Shown: positions 26,196 through 39,110, numbered from the stretch's first letter. The stretch: 64,000 bases of DNA from Camelus dromedarius (GCF_036321535.1 NC_087437.1:70620001-70684000); one strand, 5' to 3'. Program-made: numbers and translations. The notes: generated by a model from the sequence alone, not told the origin.

Positions 26196-26489
26196 GGTCT
26201 GAATTTAGAGTTTCTTCCTTGCTCTAGCCACTTTTTGTTTCCCACAGATCACTCTGAATCTTTCCCTTTACTCCTAGTGCTTCTCTGTAATTCCTTTTGA
26301 ATAGTTTGAAACCTCTCCCTCCTCGGTTCCCCTCCTCTGACCACTTACTTTTAAAGTCTTTTCCCTCCACAGTCATCATGCTGTCACCTCCCTCCTTAGG
26401 TTCATATGGATCGCCAGGATGCTAATGGGCCCTGGTTCCTCTGCTCAAGTTCATTCTGTACCAGCTACACCAATGCTAGAGGAGCAGTA

Positions 26490-26620
26490 TTGCTTATCTA
26501 TAGGACAGAGATGATAGAACCTGCTCTTTCTACTTTTTGGAGTTGTCAGGAAAGCGAAAGCTTACTTGTGTGGAAGGATTTTTGTAAACTGTAAAAGGCT
26601 CTGCAAGTACAAGGTGTAGG
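26490..26620 (+). mobile_element. MIR3/MIRc 3' fragment
   Basis: cttatctatagg...gagttgtcagg...tgtgtggaagg...ttgtaaactgtaaaaggctctgcaa. Confidence 0.5.
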
Positions 26621-29029
26621 CTATAGTGTCTAAGTATTTTCTGATAAGCATGTGTTCATGTATTAAATATTTAATTAAAGGTATCAAAATAAGGTCTAAT
26701 GTGCTGTATCGTATTTCTTGAATCTAAATAAGATATACATGTGTATCTAAGGATGGTTCCTTCGACGTTCATGTCTCTTCCCCTTTTTCCATCTAGTCTC
26801 GGCCCTCTCATGAGCAATTCACATTATTCGGTGTCACTCTTTCCATCTACAGGGCAAATGGGAGTCTGCCTTAAAAGATCTTCACTGGGAAGATTTACTT
26901 TTTTTTTTTTCATGATTTTTTAAAAAATCAGCATGCAGGATTGATCTTAGACTGACAGGAAGAATCTTAATAGTTTGTAACCATTTCTGAAACAGCATTA
27001 AAAATAAATCAACTTTATCCTACACCACAGATATCAAGATTGTGCAAATTATCTGGCCATGTGGATTTTCTTGAAATTTTTGAGTCAAAAACTTAACCAA
27101 AGTCAATAGTTACAGTGTTGCTGTTCAGACGTCAGTCTACTGCCTAGATTCAGTTTTTTCATAGGTAGATGTTTCTATTTATCCGGGGGTAAATTTGATG
27201 GACAGTTTGATGATGGCTTGGAACTTGAAGTCACAATCCCTAGCAACCCAGTACTGCAGGAAAACATTTCAGCTTTGTTTTCTTCTTGCTATTAAATGGA
27301 ACAGGGCAAGCAGGTTAGTCTTCATTCCACTGTTTCTGGTGGGAGAATGCTCCACATGAGATTCCGTGCTGGCTGGCAGTGTGGGCCAGCCAGCCTTATA
27401 GTGGATAGCTTACCTATGTTGATTTTTTTTAAGTGACCATATTCTTGACACTTTGATAATAAAAGATACCTTTATTAACCCTGAATTCCTGTGGACATTA
27501 CCAGTGGATTCATATTCCCATGAATTTTCTTTCCCCTAAGTTCTGACCTCTTTGCTGTAAGTTTTGAGATTTTGATGATAAGCAGTAGGTGTCTTCCAGG
27601 CTCCTTTCTTGCTTTGCCCCTCCTTTGCCCCCATTCCTCCAAACCATCCAGCTGCCCCCAAAATACGCCCTTGCCTTGTCACACTCTTCCACAGGAAACT
27701 GATATGACAGAGGCAGCAAAATTTTTACTCCTTCTACTGGCCTTTTGGCTCCTCCTGCTTATTTGGAGTTTTGAGTTAAATTTTTCAAGTTAATATTTAA
27801 CTCATGAGATAACTGTTTACAAAACTGTTGGTTGATAATCAAGGATTTTTCCCTGGATTAATATAGTTAAAGTTTAACTTAGTGGAACAACACATAAAAA
27901 ATAAATATATATGTATATAATTAAATAAAAGTATTAGCTCTGGGAATTCTGCTGATATGTTCTCATGGGTCAAAATGAGATATTTGTTCTAGTCTAGATA
28001 AAAGAAGACCTTGATCATGGGTCTGGCAGGCTGACTTTGTGGAAGAATTTAAGCAGAAAGGGAAGCCAGCGTTTACTCGCAGGTGGCAGGTGGTAAGCAA
28101 ATAATGGGAATAACCCTATTTTTCTTAGGAAAATGCTCTTTATTCATATTCCTGGTAATATCGCATTCTAAAGAAGTTGTCGGGATCTCTCCAAATAGTA
28201 TATTTGGATAATTTGGGGTTTTGATCAGCTCTGTGCTATCTTATGATATTTTATCATGTCATGACTTTATATGTTACATCATCGTCAAAACTTGGAGTCA
28301 GACATGGGATGAGAAATCACTCTGTTCAAGTACTGCCCTCCAGCTATATCTGTAAGTCAAAAAGGACTGTTTCTTTTCCTTAGACAAACTCAAGCTCGAT
28401 CTGGCAATTACTAGAGTGTATCTTTAAAGAAATCTTCAGGCTTTTACTAGGATTCAGGGGTACAGCCTAGCACTGAAACCATATTCGTGTTACTTGGTTT
28501 ACTTGGTTTTCATCCTTACTTATTGCAATGTAGACCTCAAGGAAAATTGTTAGAAGAAACTGGGTGTATTAATTAAGTGAATCTGGGAGAACTATGAATT
28601 GTTGCAAATATGTGAATTTCAAGTTCAATATGAAGGTCTCTGAAATTCTGGGCCATTGAAGACACTCAATGTCCTGATATGTTTTGCCCATATGTAAAAC
28701 TTTGTCCATTTGACAAGTTTCTAGGTAAAAGATCATTTATGGATATTCAAAAGTTAGTTTCTAATAACTTTAGCTGCAAGAATAAACAAGCTTCAAGCCA
28801 AACCAAGAACTAGATTTTCTGCTCTATTAATGCATTTCAAAGTCATAAAGCCACACATTGAAAACCTAGATATCTCACAAGCCCCTTCTGAGTGTTGATT
28901 ATTTTGCTAAATATGCTGTGTTTATCTCAAATCAGAAGTAACTTGAGGCTGAATTACTAGCAACAGATTTCAAATTTGATGAGACAAATAGGTTTTAAGT
29001 GCACAATAAGGTGGTAGGAAAAACTGGGA

Positions 29030-29320
29030 GGAGAGATGTCCCAGAAGATAGCCACAGTGTTCTAAGTAAGAGGAAGTGATTAATCGTATTAAATTACTGC
29101 TGAAAAGATGAAGAAGATGCAAATAAAAATGGGACCATCAGATCTGGCAACAGCAGGTATGGTAGAATACAATGAAGAAAAGTCTCATTGGAATAGGTTG
29201 AGGAAAGCATAGTAAGTGAAGATATGGTAATAGCTAATATAGATAATTCTTTCAATAAATTTTGCTATGAAAGAAAGATAAATGGGAAGCAACTGGGGAG
29301 AGACTTGGGATCAAGAGCAT
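29030..29320 (-). mobile_element. L2 internal fragment
   Basis: aaattactgctgaaaagatgaagaagatg...gatctggcaaca...tatagataattctttcaataaattttgctatgaa...gggatcaagag. Confidence 0.7.
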
Positions 29321-29719
29321 ATCATCAAGATTTGCAAAGTATGGTAGTTTTTTGTCTCATTTTGTGTTTTGCATTTGTTTAATTTGCTTCTCCAGTTGGG
29401 GAAAAAGAAAACATGAACAAGAATCAAAATCTCAAATCTAGGTAAAAAGAAATAAGGAAAAAGGGCAAATCCTGGTAAAATGTAAAAGGTATTAGTTAAT
29501 ATTCAACAGATCTGGATTCTAGTTCAAATTCTAGCAGCTATTGGCACCATGACCCTAAATAACATTTCTGTGACTATCAGTCTAGTTATTTATTGATAAC
29601 ATCTTAGGCCCACTTATAATATTCTAATTGTATGAAGGAAAAAATATTAGACATAGTTCAGAAATCTCTCTGTAGTGGAAATAAAACATATCATTTTTAA
29701 CCAGTTCCAAAGCCTTTTA

Positions 29720-29925
29720 TTATTCAAAAGCACACACATCTTGTTAGTTAACCCTCACAAGACTGCTATGATGTAAGTGGTTATATTGGTTTATTTAGCA
29801 GAGAAAGAAATCAAGGCTCTGAAAGATTAAGTCACTGGCAAAATCATACAATGTGCCAACAGCCGAGGCAGGGCTTAAACCCAGATTTTCAGAATATAAG
29901 TCAAAGATTCTTCCTACTGTGTAGT
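29720..29925 (-). mobile_element. MIR SINE
   Basis: taaccctcacaa...ctatgatgtaag...gcagagaaagaaatcaaggctctgaaagattaagtcact...gggcttaaacccaga. Confidence 0.75.
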
Positions 29926-30429
29926 ACCCTCCCTCTGCTTGTCCTCGTAGGCTTTTTTGTTGTTGTTTTGTTTTGTTTCTTCCCCTCACTTTTCAGTAAA
30001 TACCCTTTTCCACTTCTGGTCCAAGTTCCCATTATTTTTCTTTCTTCCCATTCCACTTTCCCTAGGACTTTCTGGGAATGTCCACCTCCGTAAATATCTG
30101 ACTTTCTTCTTAAAACAGAACCAAATGCACAGGCTTGGGGGTCTCTATTAAGTGCATAGGGAGAACAATTCCACACCAAAACATTTTACTAGTCTAGTGA
30201 GCTTGTGTTTCAAACGGCCCATGGAAGATCAACGCTCTGACCACAATGGCCAGGGTTAGCAGTGGAAACTACTTCATAATATCTTGTCATTTGGGCATCT
30301 AAGCTTTTAAAACCAGAGAATGGAAAGGGAAGAGCCAGAAAGTGGGAGATGGGAAGTAGGAGAAGAGATGTGGTACAGAGGGTACAAGTGCTGCTTAGTG
30401 TAGGCCCTGCAGACCAAAAGTTATTGTGT

Positions 30430-32320
30430 TTCTAACACTATTGATTTTTTCAGCAGCTGATATTTCAATCTGGGTGCAGTGTGTCTGTGAGTCTACGCAC
30501 ACTGTCAAGAAGAAATATGATAGTGTCTTAAAAGATTAATAATATCGCTGGTCCTCTGGAGGCCTGTCTTAATTCACTGGCCTGTTCCCTGGCATGTACT
30601 GTAATTTATCTAGTCTGATTTGAATAGCAAATGGCAATCGGCTGCCATTAGGGAAATGGGCATCATTCTTATTGATCCAGCATGGGCTGGATTTTATTTA
30701 AGGAGAACTGCAAAATGTTATTACCTTCAGGAAGAGAAACTGAAAAGGGAGCTTTTCCCTTGTGTATTTTGGAAGGGTTCTACCTTAAAAAGGGGGGACT
30801 GGAGTGTGGATTTAGGAGAACAGAGGGAGATGATGATCCTATTGTGTGAACAGGGACATGTACAGACTGTTTTCAGCATAATTGTTTACCAGCAGGAAAG
30901 ATGCTCATGATTATGAGAAAGAGGCTGTGGGCCTCTGAGGTTAGACCATTGGAGAGCTAGTCAGATCTGACCTGTTTCATTGTCCAACTTTGTGAAAGGC
31001 TCCGAGCTGCACAGAATCCACTTGTCAGTCTGTAAAATGGGCTAAGAAAAGAAAATCTACTGGTCATGTATAAGGTTTATTTAGTGTTTGCTTCACATCC
31101 TGAGAGCCATGGTTAAAAGGGTGCTGGGGAATAAAACAGAAAAATCAAAGAGGGCCTTTTGCACATTGGGGGTTGTGGTTTCAATATTTATTATTGCTCT
31201 TCACGTAGGTCTCTTGAAGGGACATGTTATGCGCTGGGTGAAGCATGACGAACTAGCCTCATAATTCTCATTAAGCATAATGGGCATCTCTCAGGTTAAT
31301 ATTGAATATATTGACTTTAATGTTCACCTGTTAGTGGCAAATCTAAGCCTGCACTTATACCTTGCTTTACAGAATCAAGGAAAGCTGCCAGCATTAAGGT
31401 AGCACATGTGGGAGACAGCCAGACCCTGTCTGCATACCCACTACCTTTGCCACAGGGACGGAGGCTGAACATGCCGTTCCACTCAGAGCTTGTTGGAGAT
31501 GTGCTATGAAGAAACACACACGTACCCTATCTCTAACCTTCCTTAGCAGCCCCAGGAAGGGAAAAGGGTATGAGAAAGGTGGTGAGAGGAAATACTCATT
31601 TCTACTGAAATTCTTCTCCATTCCACCTCGGGTTGTTATGGAAAGAAACGATAATGTGCTACAGGAAATGGCCAAGTATAAAAGCAATAAAATAAATTGA
31701 AAATGACTTTGTTTTTTCTGAGCAGCAGTAATTGCTATATGTTGTGATGTTTGCATAAGGAATTAGTTAATGTGTAGCAGAATGGCATGTGATACTTTTT
31801 ATTTGCCTGATGACTATAGTCTCTGAGTGAATGACTTATTAAGGTTAATAAAGAAAAATTTGCTTGTGACTTGTAATGATCCAATTGCTAGAATTTAGCA
31901 TCCCCTTATGCATTGTTGCCTAAAGGGGAGAAGGAAAAAAACCCACACACATTAATGGCCGACTGGCTATGATTTTTTATAGTGGTGTGAAAACAAACAA
32001 TGTCTTCTAAATTGTTGGTCTGTCTATCTTTCTGCCTGCCTGGGCAGGAACGTTATGGCTTTCTTAATTCTCCTGTGTGATTTATCATCCTAAATTCATT
32101 GTTTTGCATAACTCTGCTCAAAATGAAGAAATGTCATTATTTTGCAGCGAAAAAGTTGTCATTTGCATAATGCCTGCCATTAATTATTGTGAGACTAATG
32201 CAGTTGTTGATATTTTTAGGGCACAGTGGTACAGCCTGCACCTTGTGTAATGTCATTCTGAAAACATTGGTAGTTAATAGGTGCCACAACATTGCACAAA
32301 TGGAAAAGAAGATGATGAAG
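30430..32320. promoter_or_regulatory. Cluster of candidate conserved enhancer blocks
   Basis: Nearly repeat-free; homeodomain TAAT/ATTA, octamer ATTTGCAT (32161-32168), SOX-like AACAAT/CATTGT and E-box CAGCTG motifs. Confidence 0.4.
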
Positions 32321-33973
32321 AAGAAGGGGACACAATGGAACAGGCTGTGATCTTTATTTAGCTTTTTTTTTTTCTTCCTGAAATGCTTGGTGAGGAAAGA
32401 CTATAAAAGGAAGCGCGAATAGAGCAGGGAGCTGTGACATCCAAGAGAACAAAGGGATTGAAAAACAGAGGTTTTCTGTTTAGGCTGAATTAGTTTAACC
32501 TGGGATCTAGCCAGTTTAATGGAGGAAGTCCTGTCTCCTCGGTTTTGGCTTACCTACTTAACCAAAGCCCTGAACAGAATGCAGGGTTGTGCTTCCTTAA
32601 ACCATCAATTAGGATAAGGGTTTGCTCTGAAGCACGCTCGTCTCGTGGAAGAATTCTCATAACTGGGCACTTAGTCCAAGTTAAAAGGACACACCACAGT
32701 TTCACGGAGGAGAGCTGAAGACTATGATTTTCAGGTTCTGATTAATCAGTCTTCCGTACTGCACTTATTTCGACATTTGTATCTAGAGCCCATAGCTTTT
32801 CTCTCCTGCAAAAACCAGAGGAATGCTGTAGCATATTAGGGTGACAGTTTTTTTTTTCCTCTGTATCTTGCAATAGAACTAACTTTTGCATCTGATTTTG
32901 TAGGGCAAGAGCCTACCAAGGCTTTCTATTTCACAGGTAAATGAAAGTCAGTTATAAAAATTCGATCAGAGATGAAACTCATTACACTGAGTCTGGGAGG
33001 CATAAATATTACAAATGTTACAAATGTAGGTAACTGTTGATCTTCTTAGGCATGGGAGCTTAAAAAAAAAACACACTCACATCAAACAGAATTTTTTCCC
33101 TAATTTCACTCTTTCGTGGGTATTATAAATTTAGATATTTCTTCTTTATCATTAAATGTAAAAGACACAAAAGAAATGGAGCCTCAAAAGTAGATCTAGT
33201 TGCTAAGACTGACCAGAGATATTTAGAAGATAGTGCCCTTCAGTATTTAAAACTGGACATTATAAACTCTTGGGAAAATGCCATATTTTTCAGACCTCAG
33301 TTCAGATTGTGATGGCTATTGTGTGCCAAAGATTGACTACTCTTTTGGAGCCTCCTTAAAGCAAGATGATGCTTGTAAGAGGGCCATAGAATCGGAGGAG
33401 ACCACCAGGGTCTGTCCCAGTTTGTCATAATAAATTCCTCAGCAGAATTGGGGCTGGGATAGTTTTGTAGATCTCACCTTGGATTATGGAACTTAATCTG
33501 CATGTGTTCAGTTCTGAGGTATGTAGAAAACATGCATACTGAGTTAGGAAAATTTTAATTCCCCACAGTGACATCACCATCATAAATTAGCACATTTGGG
33601 GGTGTAAAAAACAGATGAGCCCGTGCATCAATCGAGACCAGTCTCCTTTGCTGCTTCTCACTTCCCTCTTTCTTCTGAGGAAAAGGAAATTGTCCTAACA
33701 CCCAAATTAATATCCTCTGATTATAATAAAATCAATACAAGCATACAGTTTTAAAATATAAGCAAGAGGGCCAACATAGGGGGAAAAGGAAAGAAAATGA
33801 AAGAAGGGATTTGCACTTCATATAGTATACCAGGACAAGTCTAATTTTTAATCCTCTTCTGTTTGTAGCCTCGAAATGCCTACTTATCTGTGTTATACTC
33901 TATAGCTGTATATAAATCCTCCATTTAGATATATATGAAATCTGATCATTAAATTAGCAAGCTATATTGTGAT

Positions 33974-34086
33974 GAGGGTGATCGGTTCACCTTCGCTAGC
34001 CCAGAATTTTTCCTGTTTTATCATTGACAATCCCACATCCTAAGAATCTCCTCGGTCTCAGGCAAACCAAAGCAGGTGGTACCCTA
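33974..34086. mobile_element. MER81 hAT-Blackjack MITE
   Basis: About 113 bp, agggtga...caggcaaacc...ggtacccta; flanks ATTGTGAT / ACCATGAT are consistent with a decayed 8-bp TSD. Confidence 0.75.
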
Positions 34087-35244
34087 ACCATGATGGATAC
34101 TCTCAAAGCATATTGACTTAATGGTTGTATTATATATTTCATCTTATATTTGAAAAGGCTTTCACATTTAGTAAACAGACTGCTATTAGAAACCCCCTTT
34201 TTTTAAACATCCATTTGCTAAAGCATTTTACCTAACTATACGAGACAGATGAGTAAAGAGGTGTAGATTTTCATGCATTGAGTGTCTAGCACTTTGATCA
34301 GCAATATTCTGAAAAGTAGCAGTCTCATAGTAAATAATCAGCATCAGCTCTGATCCTCTGTGTTCAGGAAATAATTTTAAAGCTCAAGTCTTCCATAGAA
34401 ACAGGGTAGGAATCCATATGTTAGTTGGCATGATTTTCATCACCTAACATCTGATAATCATGTCAGACTGGCATTCTTTAATACTCACTGATTCCTGCCA
34501 GGACTTTGAACTTCTTTATCCTTTGCTTTGGAGTTTTTCTCCTTTTACAGCCAGACTGTGCTAAGAACTGGGGATGCAAGATAGGTAAGACATAGTTCTT
34601 CACAATGAGTTTTTCGATCTAATCTATGAAGGGAAAAAAAAAAAACTGCAGTAATGAATTTTATATATCCTTTGTCTAACTGGGGCAATTGCTTTATTCA
34701 CTGAGATTAGTTAACACTATCACAAAGCTTAGAAATAGAGGAAAAGCACTTAAATTATGTTGTGTGTTTCATGGATCAGTTTGTTCATTTGTTTAATAAA
34801 CATTACTGAAGCTCTTCTATCTACTCAACAATGTTCTGAATTCTTTTGGACACAAAGAGGAGCTATACTTGGTACTTTTACAGATAAAAGGATGCCTCAC
34901 TTCCCCTCCAGACTGGAAACTCCTCAGGCACAAGACTACACATCAGCCTTTCATGCCACTCTAAATCACCAGGATCAGTTGGGCTGGGAAAACCTTCCCC
35001 TTTGTAAACTCTGAGGTATTATTTTTAGGTAACTATCTAGTTTGACTTTACTTCTCCCAAGAACTGTATTCTAAGACCTGAGCTGTAGCATGTAAGCGGG
35101 TGCCCAGTTTGGCCTGTGCAGTCAGACGGAAAGAACAGTGGCCTCTGGGACAATCTGGAACAGCCACTACATCATGCAGAATAAAGATCTTCCATTTAAA
35201 GTTGATGTGGCTGGGATGAGATTGATAAGTACTGGAGCACTTTA

Positions 35245-36320
35245 TCCATCCACTTATTCATTCAGTCACTTTCAGTCTACCAACCACCTTTAATGTTTCA
35301 GGCATAGTTCTAGTAACTGAAAATATAGTGAGAAATTAAACAAAGTCTCCTATAAAACTTATTTTGGAGTGAAAGGAGAGAAAGCCAATAATTAAATAAA
35401 CAATAAGTGTTTATTTAATGATAAGATCTGGGAAAAAATAATGCAATGTAAGGGGGTAGAAAAGAGGGGTAAATAATGGAGAAAGTGCTGTTTGAAATAA
35501 GGTAAGTAGAAGACATCTCACTGAGCAGGAGACATCTGAGCAAAGATTTAAATAATGAGAAGGAACTCAGCATGGGATGGTCAGGAGGAAAAGGGTTGGG
35601 GGTGGACGGAACAGATATTGTAGAGTAAGAACACCTTTTTTGTTAATTTTTTTTTCTGGCAGGGAGGAGGTAATTAGGTTTATTTGTTTATTTTTAGAGG
35701 AGGTACTGGGGCTTGAACCCAGGACCTCATGCATGCCAAGCATGCGCTCTACCACTTGAGCTATCTCCTCTCCCTAAGTAAGAACAATTTTATTCCAGGA
35801 AGAACATGGTAACAACTGACAGGAAGTCAAAAGAGGGTTTTTTTAAAAGGCTATGTGATCTGATTCATAAATAAAAAAGATCTCTGGCTACTCTGTGGGA
35901 ATAAACTAAAGGGGGCAGGCATGGAGCTAGAAGACCAGTTAGGACTTATTGTGGTAGCTGAGTATGAGATGGGCCATGGCAGTGGAAGGAATGAGAAGTG
36001 ATTCAGTTCTGAATAGTTTGGTGGTAATTTGAAGGCAGTTGCTGAGGGGCTTTATGTGGTGTAGATTAGAAAGAAAACCATGAAGTGTGATGAGTCTCAG
36101 GCGTTTGGCCTGAGCAACTAGATGAATAGTAGTGTCATTAACTCCACGGACTTGTGTGCTATGGGGATATGGAAGAAAGGGCAGGTTTGGGGGCAGAGAT
36201 CATTATGAGTTAATTTGGGGACATGTTGACTTTGAAATGCTTATCAAAGTGAAACTCAGTAGGCAATTCAATACATAACTCAGGGACTCAAAGGAGGAAT
36301 TAGGGCTGGAGGTGCAAACT
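35245..36320 (-). mobile_element. L2 LINE 3' about 1 kb, host of a younger SINE
   Basis: ttattcattcag...caggcatagttctag...ctgagcaggagacatctgagcaaaga...tctctggctactctgtgg...tttggcctgagcaactagatgaatagt...ttggggacatgttgactttgaaatgc. Confidence 0.88.
35640..35774 (-). mobile_element. tRNA-derived SINE, camelid Vic-1-like (second copy)
   Basis: gaggtactggggcttgaacccaggacctcatgcatgccaagcatgcgctctaccacttgagcta is the reverse-complement head; TSD-like agtaagaacacctttt (35624-35639) / agtaagaacaatttt (35777-35791). Confidence 0.9.
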
Positions 36321-36539
36321 CTTCCCCACTTCCTTTTGTTTTTTTTTTTTTTTCATTTATACATAAGTATTTCCTTTGGAATGTAAGTATGGAGTGCAAG
36401 AAATGGACACTGAGCACTTTCTGGAGGTATATATGCAGACCCTGTTATTTGATGATGAATATACAGATGTTACTTTCTTTCATTCTGCTGTCTTTTGAAA
36501 GTCCTGCATGTGTATAGCAAAGAGGTACAACAAAACTAT

Positions 36540-36900
36540 GTGAACACTTCCTGAGGATACATGTGGTTTATGATCTCACTGGGATATAAGACAAACAGAA
36601 ATTATTATCTCCATAATGATCTAAGACAGAGGGGAAAACCCATTTTCTGTAGTTTATTAATGTGAGTGAAATTAGTGTGAGTTAGAAGGGAGGTAAAACT
36701 TGAACCCAGTTTTGGAACTGGGGAAGATTTTAATAGGCAGTAAGGAGCAGGCATGGCTTTCCACATAGGGAGATGTCAGGAGCAGATGTAGAAAGACATG
36801 GTTAACTTTGTTTTTAGAGAGAAGAAAGGATGGAGAACTAGGAGATTAGGAGCAGAATTTTTGTGTTTGTGAAGTTAAGGGAGATGAATTTATAATGGTT
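36540..36900 (-). mobile_element. Older L2 fragment
   Basis: agggaggtaaaacttgaaccc...gaagattttaataggcag...tttccacataggg resembles L2c/d. Confidence 0.4.
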
Positions 36901-36939
36901 GAACTTACCCAGTCACATTGATCCTCATCTGTAGAGTAT

Positions 36940-37060
36940 TTCACAATCACTTTTGGAGCTTAAAAATATGGATGCCTGGGTATCACTTCCTGGAAATTCT
37001 GACTTCACAGGTCTTGGAAGTGTCCTGCCATTCGTATTTTTCACAGGGAGCTTCTTCCAG
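36940..37060. mobile_element. MER5B-like fragment
   Basis: aatcacttttggagcttaaaaata..gatgcctggg...aaattctgactt...gtattttt. Confidence 0.55.
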
Positions 37061-37355
37061 ACACATCTCCTCCCTAAAACTGTGATTTTTAACTAGAATT
37101 AATAGTCCTGCTGGACTCAGAGAGAGAGCTGTCTCCAGTCTTCATTCTAGCATGGGCTCCTAAGCTGGCTCTTTTTGTTTCAAAATGTTTATTTCTCTAC
37201 TTGCACAAAAGTTGAAGTTTGTAGCTTTCTCTGTCTTTAGTTTATGCTATAGGCATAAGTTGTGGTTTTATTTTCTCTCCTTGTTGATCTACATTACTTT
37301 TGGAAGATATTTGGAGGGATCAAATTTAGTTTGCTGCCATCATCCAGTGGGAACC

Positions 37356-37416
37356 CAGATTGGTTTCAGGAGTAACTCCCTGCCTGCAAATTGGTTTCAA
37401 GAGTAACTCTCTGCCT
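37356..37416. repeat. Tandem duplication, period 31 bp, 2 copies
   Basis: cagattggtttcaggagtaactccctgcct / caaattggtttcaagagtaactctctgcct (3 mismatches). Confidence 0.9.
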
Positions 37417-37774
37417 TTATAAGTGGTTGCTACACTGCTGTATATCTTGGGCACCTAAATTTATAATCCCATAGACTCAACGTACAAACTTGTGATGCTT
37501 CACTTTATCTATTTGAAATTGCCCTGATGAGATTAAAAACTCGGGTTATTAAGAAGTCTGTGTTTTGGATTCTAAAGAAACCTCTAAATTTGGATGTCAG
37601 ATGTTATTGTACACACGGTACAATTAAGAAATTCTAAGGAGAGGTTCTGCGGAGATCATTCCAGATCCAGGGCTGCTCCAGGAGCCTTTGTGGCAGGAGT
37701 TCATGGAACTTCACTGTAGTAGACTAAATATCATGCTTGGCTTTTCTCCACATTTCTGCCTAATTTTCTTTCAG

Positions 37775-37905
37775 TGTGAAGAGACCATATATCTTTTGTC
37801 CTGTTCTATAACTTGGAACCCCCTGTAGCCTGTCTTGGCTCCTCCATTTTCTTCCTACTTTGTGGTCTCTTGCACAATCACCTATGGCTGACTGTGGGTG
37901 TACAG
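37775..37905 (+). other. Candidate 131-nt internal exon, probably non-coding
   Basis: Long pyrimidine tract cttttctccacatttctgcctaattttctttcAG and consensus donor CAG|GTGAGT; no recognisable peptide. Confidence 0.35.
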
Positions 37906-38539
37906 GTGAGTAAAAGTTGTGGAAGAGGGGGCATCTCTCACAAGGAGCTGTCAGTAGAAGTACAGGGATTCTTACATCAGATGCCACATAGGGAATTAGA
38001 CTGCATTGAACTAAGCTTCTCCTTATTTAACCAAACCTATGATGATTTTTTTCTGAATGATTGACTCTATATGTTTTATTTATTCTTTATAGCATCAACG
38101 TCTATTGAACAATATAGCATTGGTGAAATAAATGAAAGAGTATGGAAATCCTAAAGGGCATAAGTGTTATGTGTGTGTCTAAATAATGTAACTTAATGAT
38201 ATTAATTGCTATTATGGAACCTGAGTTGAAAGCAAAATTTAGGACTTTAGGATAAATAGGAACAGAAGCCCTGGATCTGAATTTTAAGTTTCCATATCAG
38301 TAGCTCGCAGGCCATTGGAATTTTTCTACGGAGAAGCCTAAGACTAAAATCATAGGGCTAGTAAAGGTTTTTATTTAAGAGGGGAGTGTCTATCATAACT
38401 ACATAGTCTCAAACACTAAAGATTTTAGAAAGCAACGTGTACTAGCTAGGATGAAAATGCCCATAGAAAATCACTTTTTAGGACTTTGGGAAAAGAAGGT
38501 TAGTGTAGATTAATATGTTAAGTAATATTTTGCTGTAAA

Positions 38540-39110
38540 ATTATTTATGGAAAAATACATTGTGGAAAAGTTTAAAACAAACAAAAATTTCTTAAAATTC
38601 CTCTGCCCATAAATAACCACTTTTAGTGTTTTCATCTATATCTTCCAGTCTTTCCATTATATGTATACATGTGTATCACTTCTTAAACAATATTTAACTT
38701 AGCTATAATTACTTATACAATAAATCAGCCTTTACATATTATGGATTAATATGCTGTCATTTATTAATAGTCCCAAAACATTTTTTGTGTTATTAAGTAG
38801 TATTCAAAATATTATTTTTAATAGCTTCATAGTATTCCAACATACAGATGTATTATTTATTTAATCAACTCTCAATTGTCAAACAAGGTTTTCAGTTTTT
38901 CACAGGTGTAGGTAAACCATGATAGGCATCCTTACTTCTAAATCTTTGTGTAGATCTTTGATTATTTCCTTTAGATAAATTCATTAATGTGAAATTTCTG
39001 AGTCAAACAGCATTCATATCTTTTAAAGCTTTTAATGCATATGGCTAAGAAGCTCTCCCAAAAGTTGTGCCAATTCTATTCTGTCTCTGGTAACATCTTA
39101 AAGTTTCCCT
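38540..39110 (-). mobile_element. L1ME-like ancient L1 3' fragment
   Basis: ataaccacttttagtgtt...ttttaatagcttcatagtattcca...ttatttcctttagataaattc...gaaatttctgagtcaaa...aaaagttgtgccaatt. Confidence 0.8.

Noticed and set aside
26700..26760. Tigger-like terminus (gtatcgtatttcttgaatctaa)
   Set aside because: Too short and diverged, and no partner TIR found
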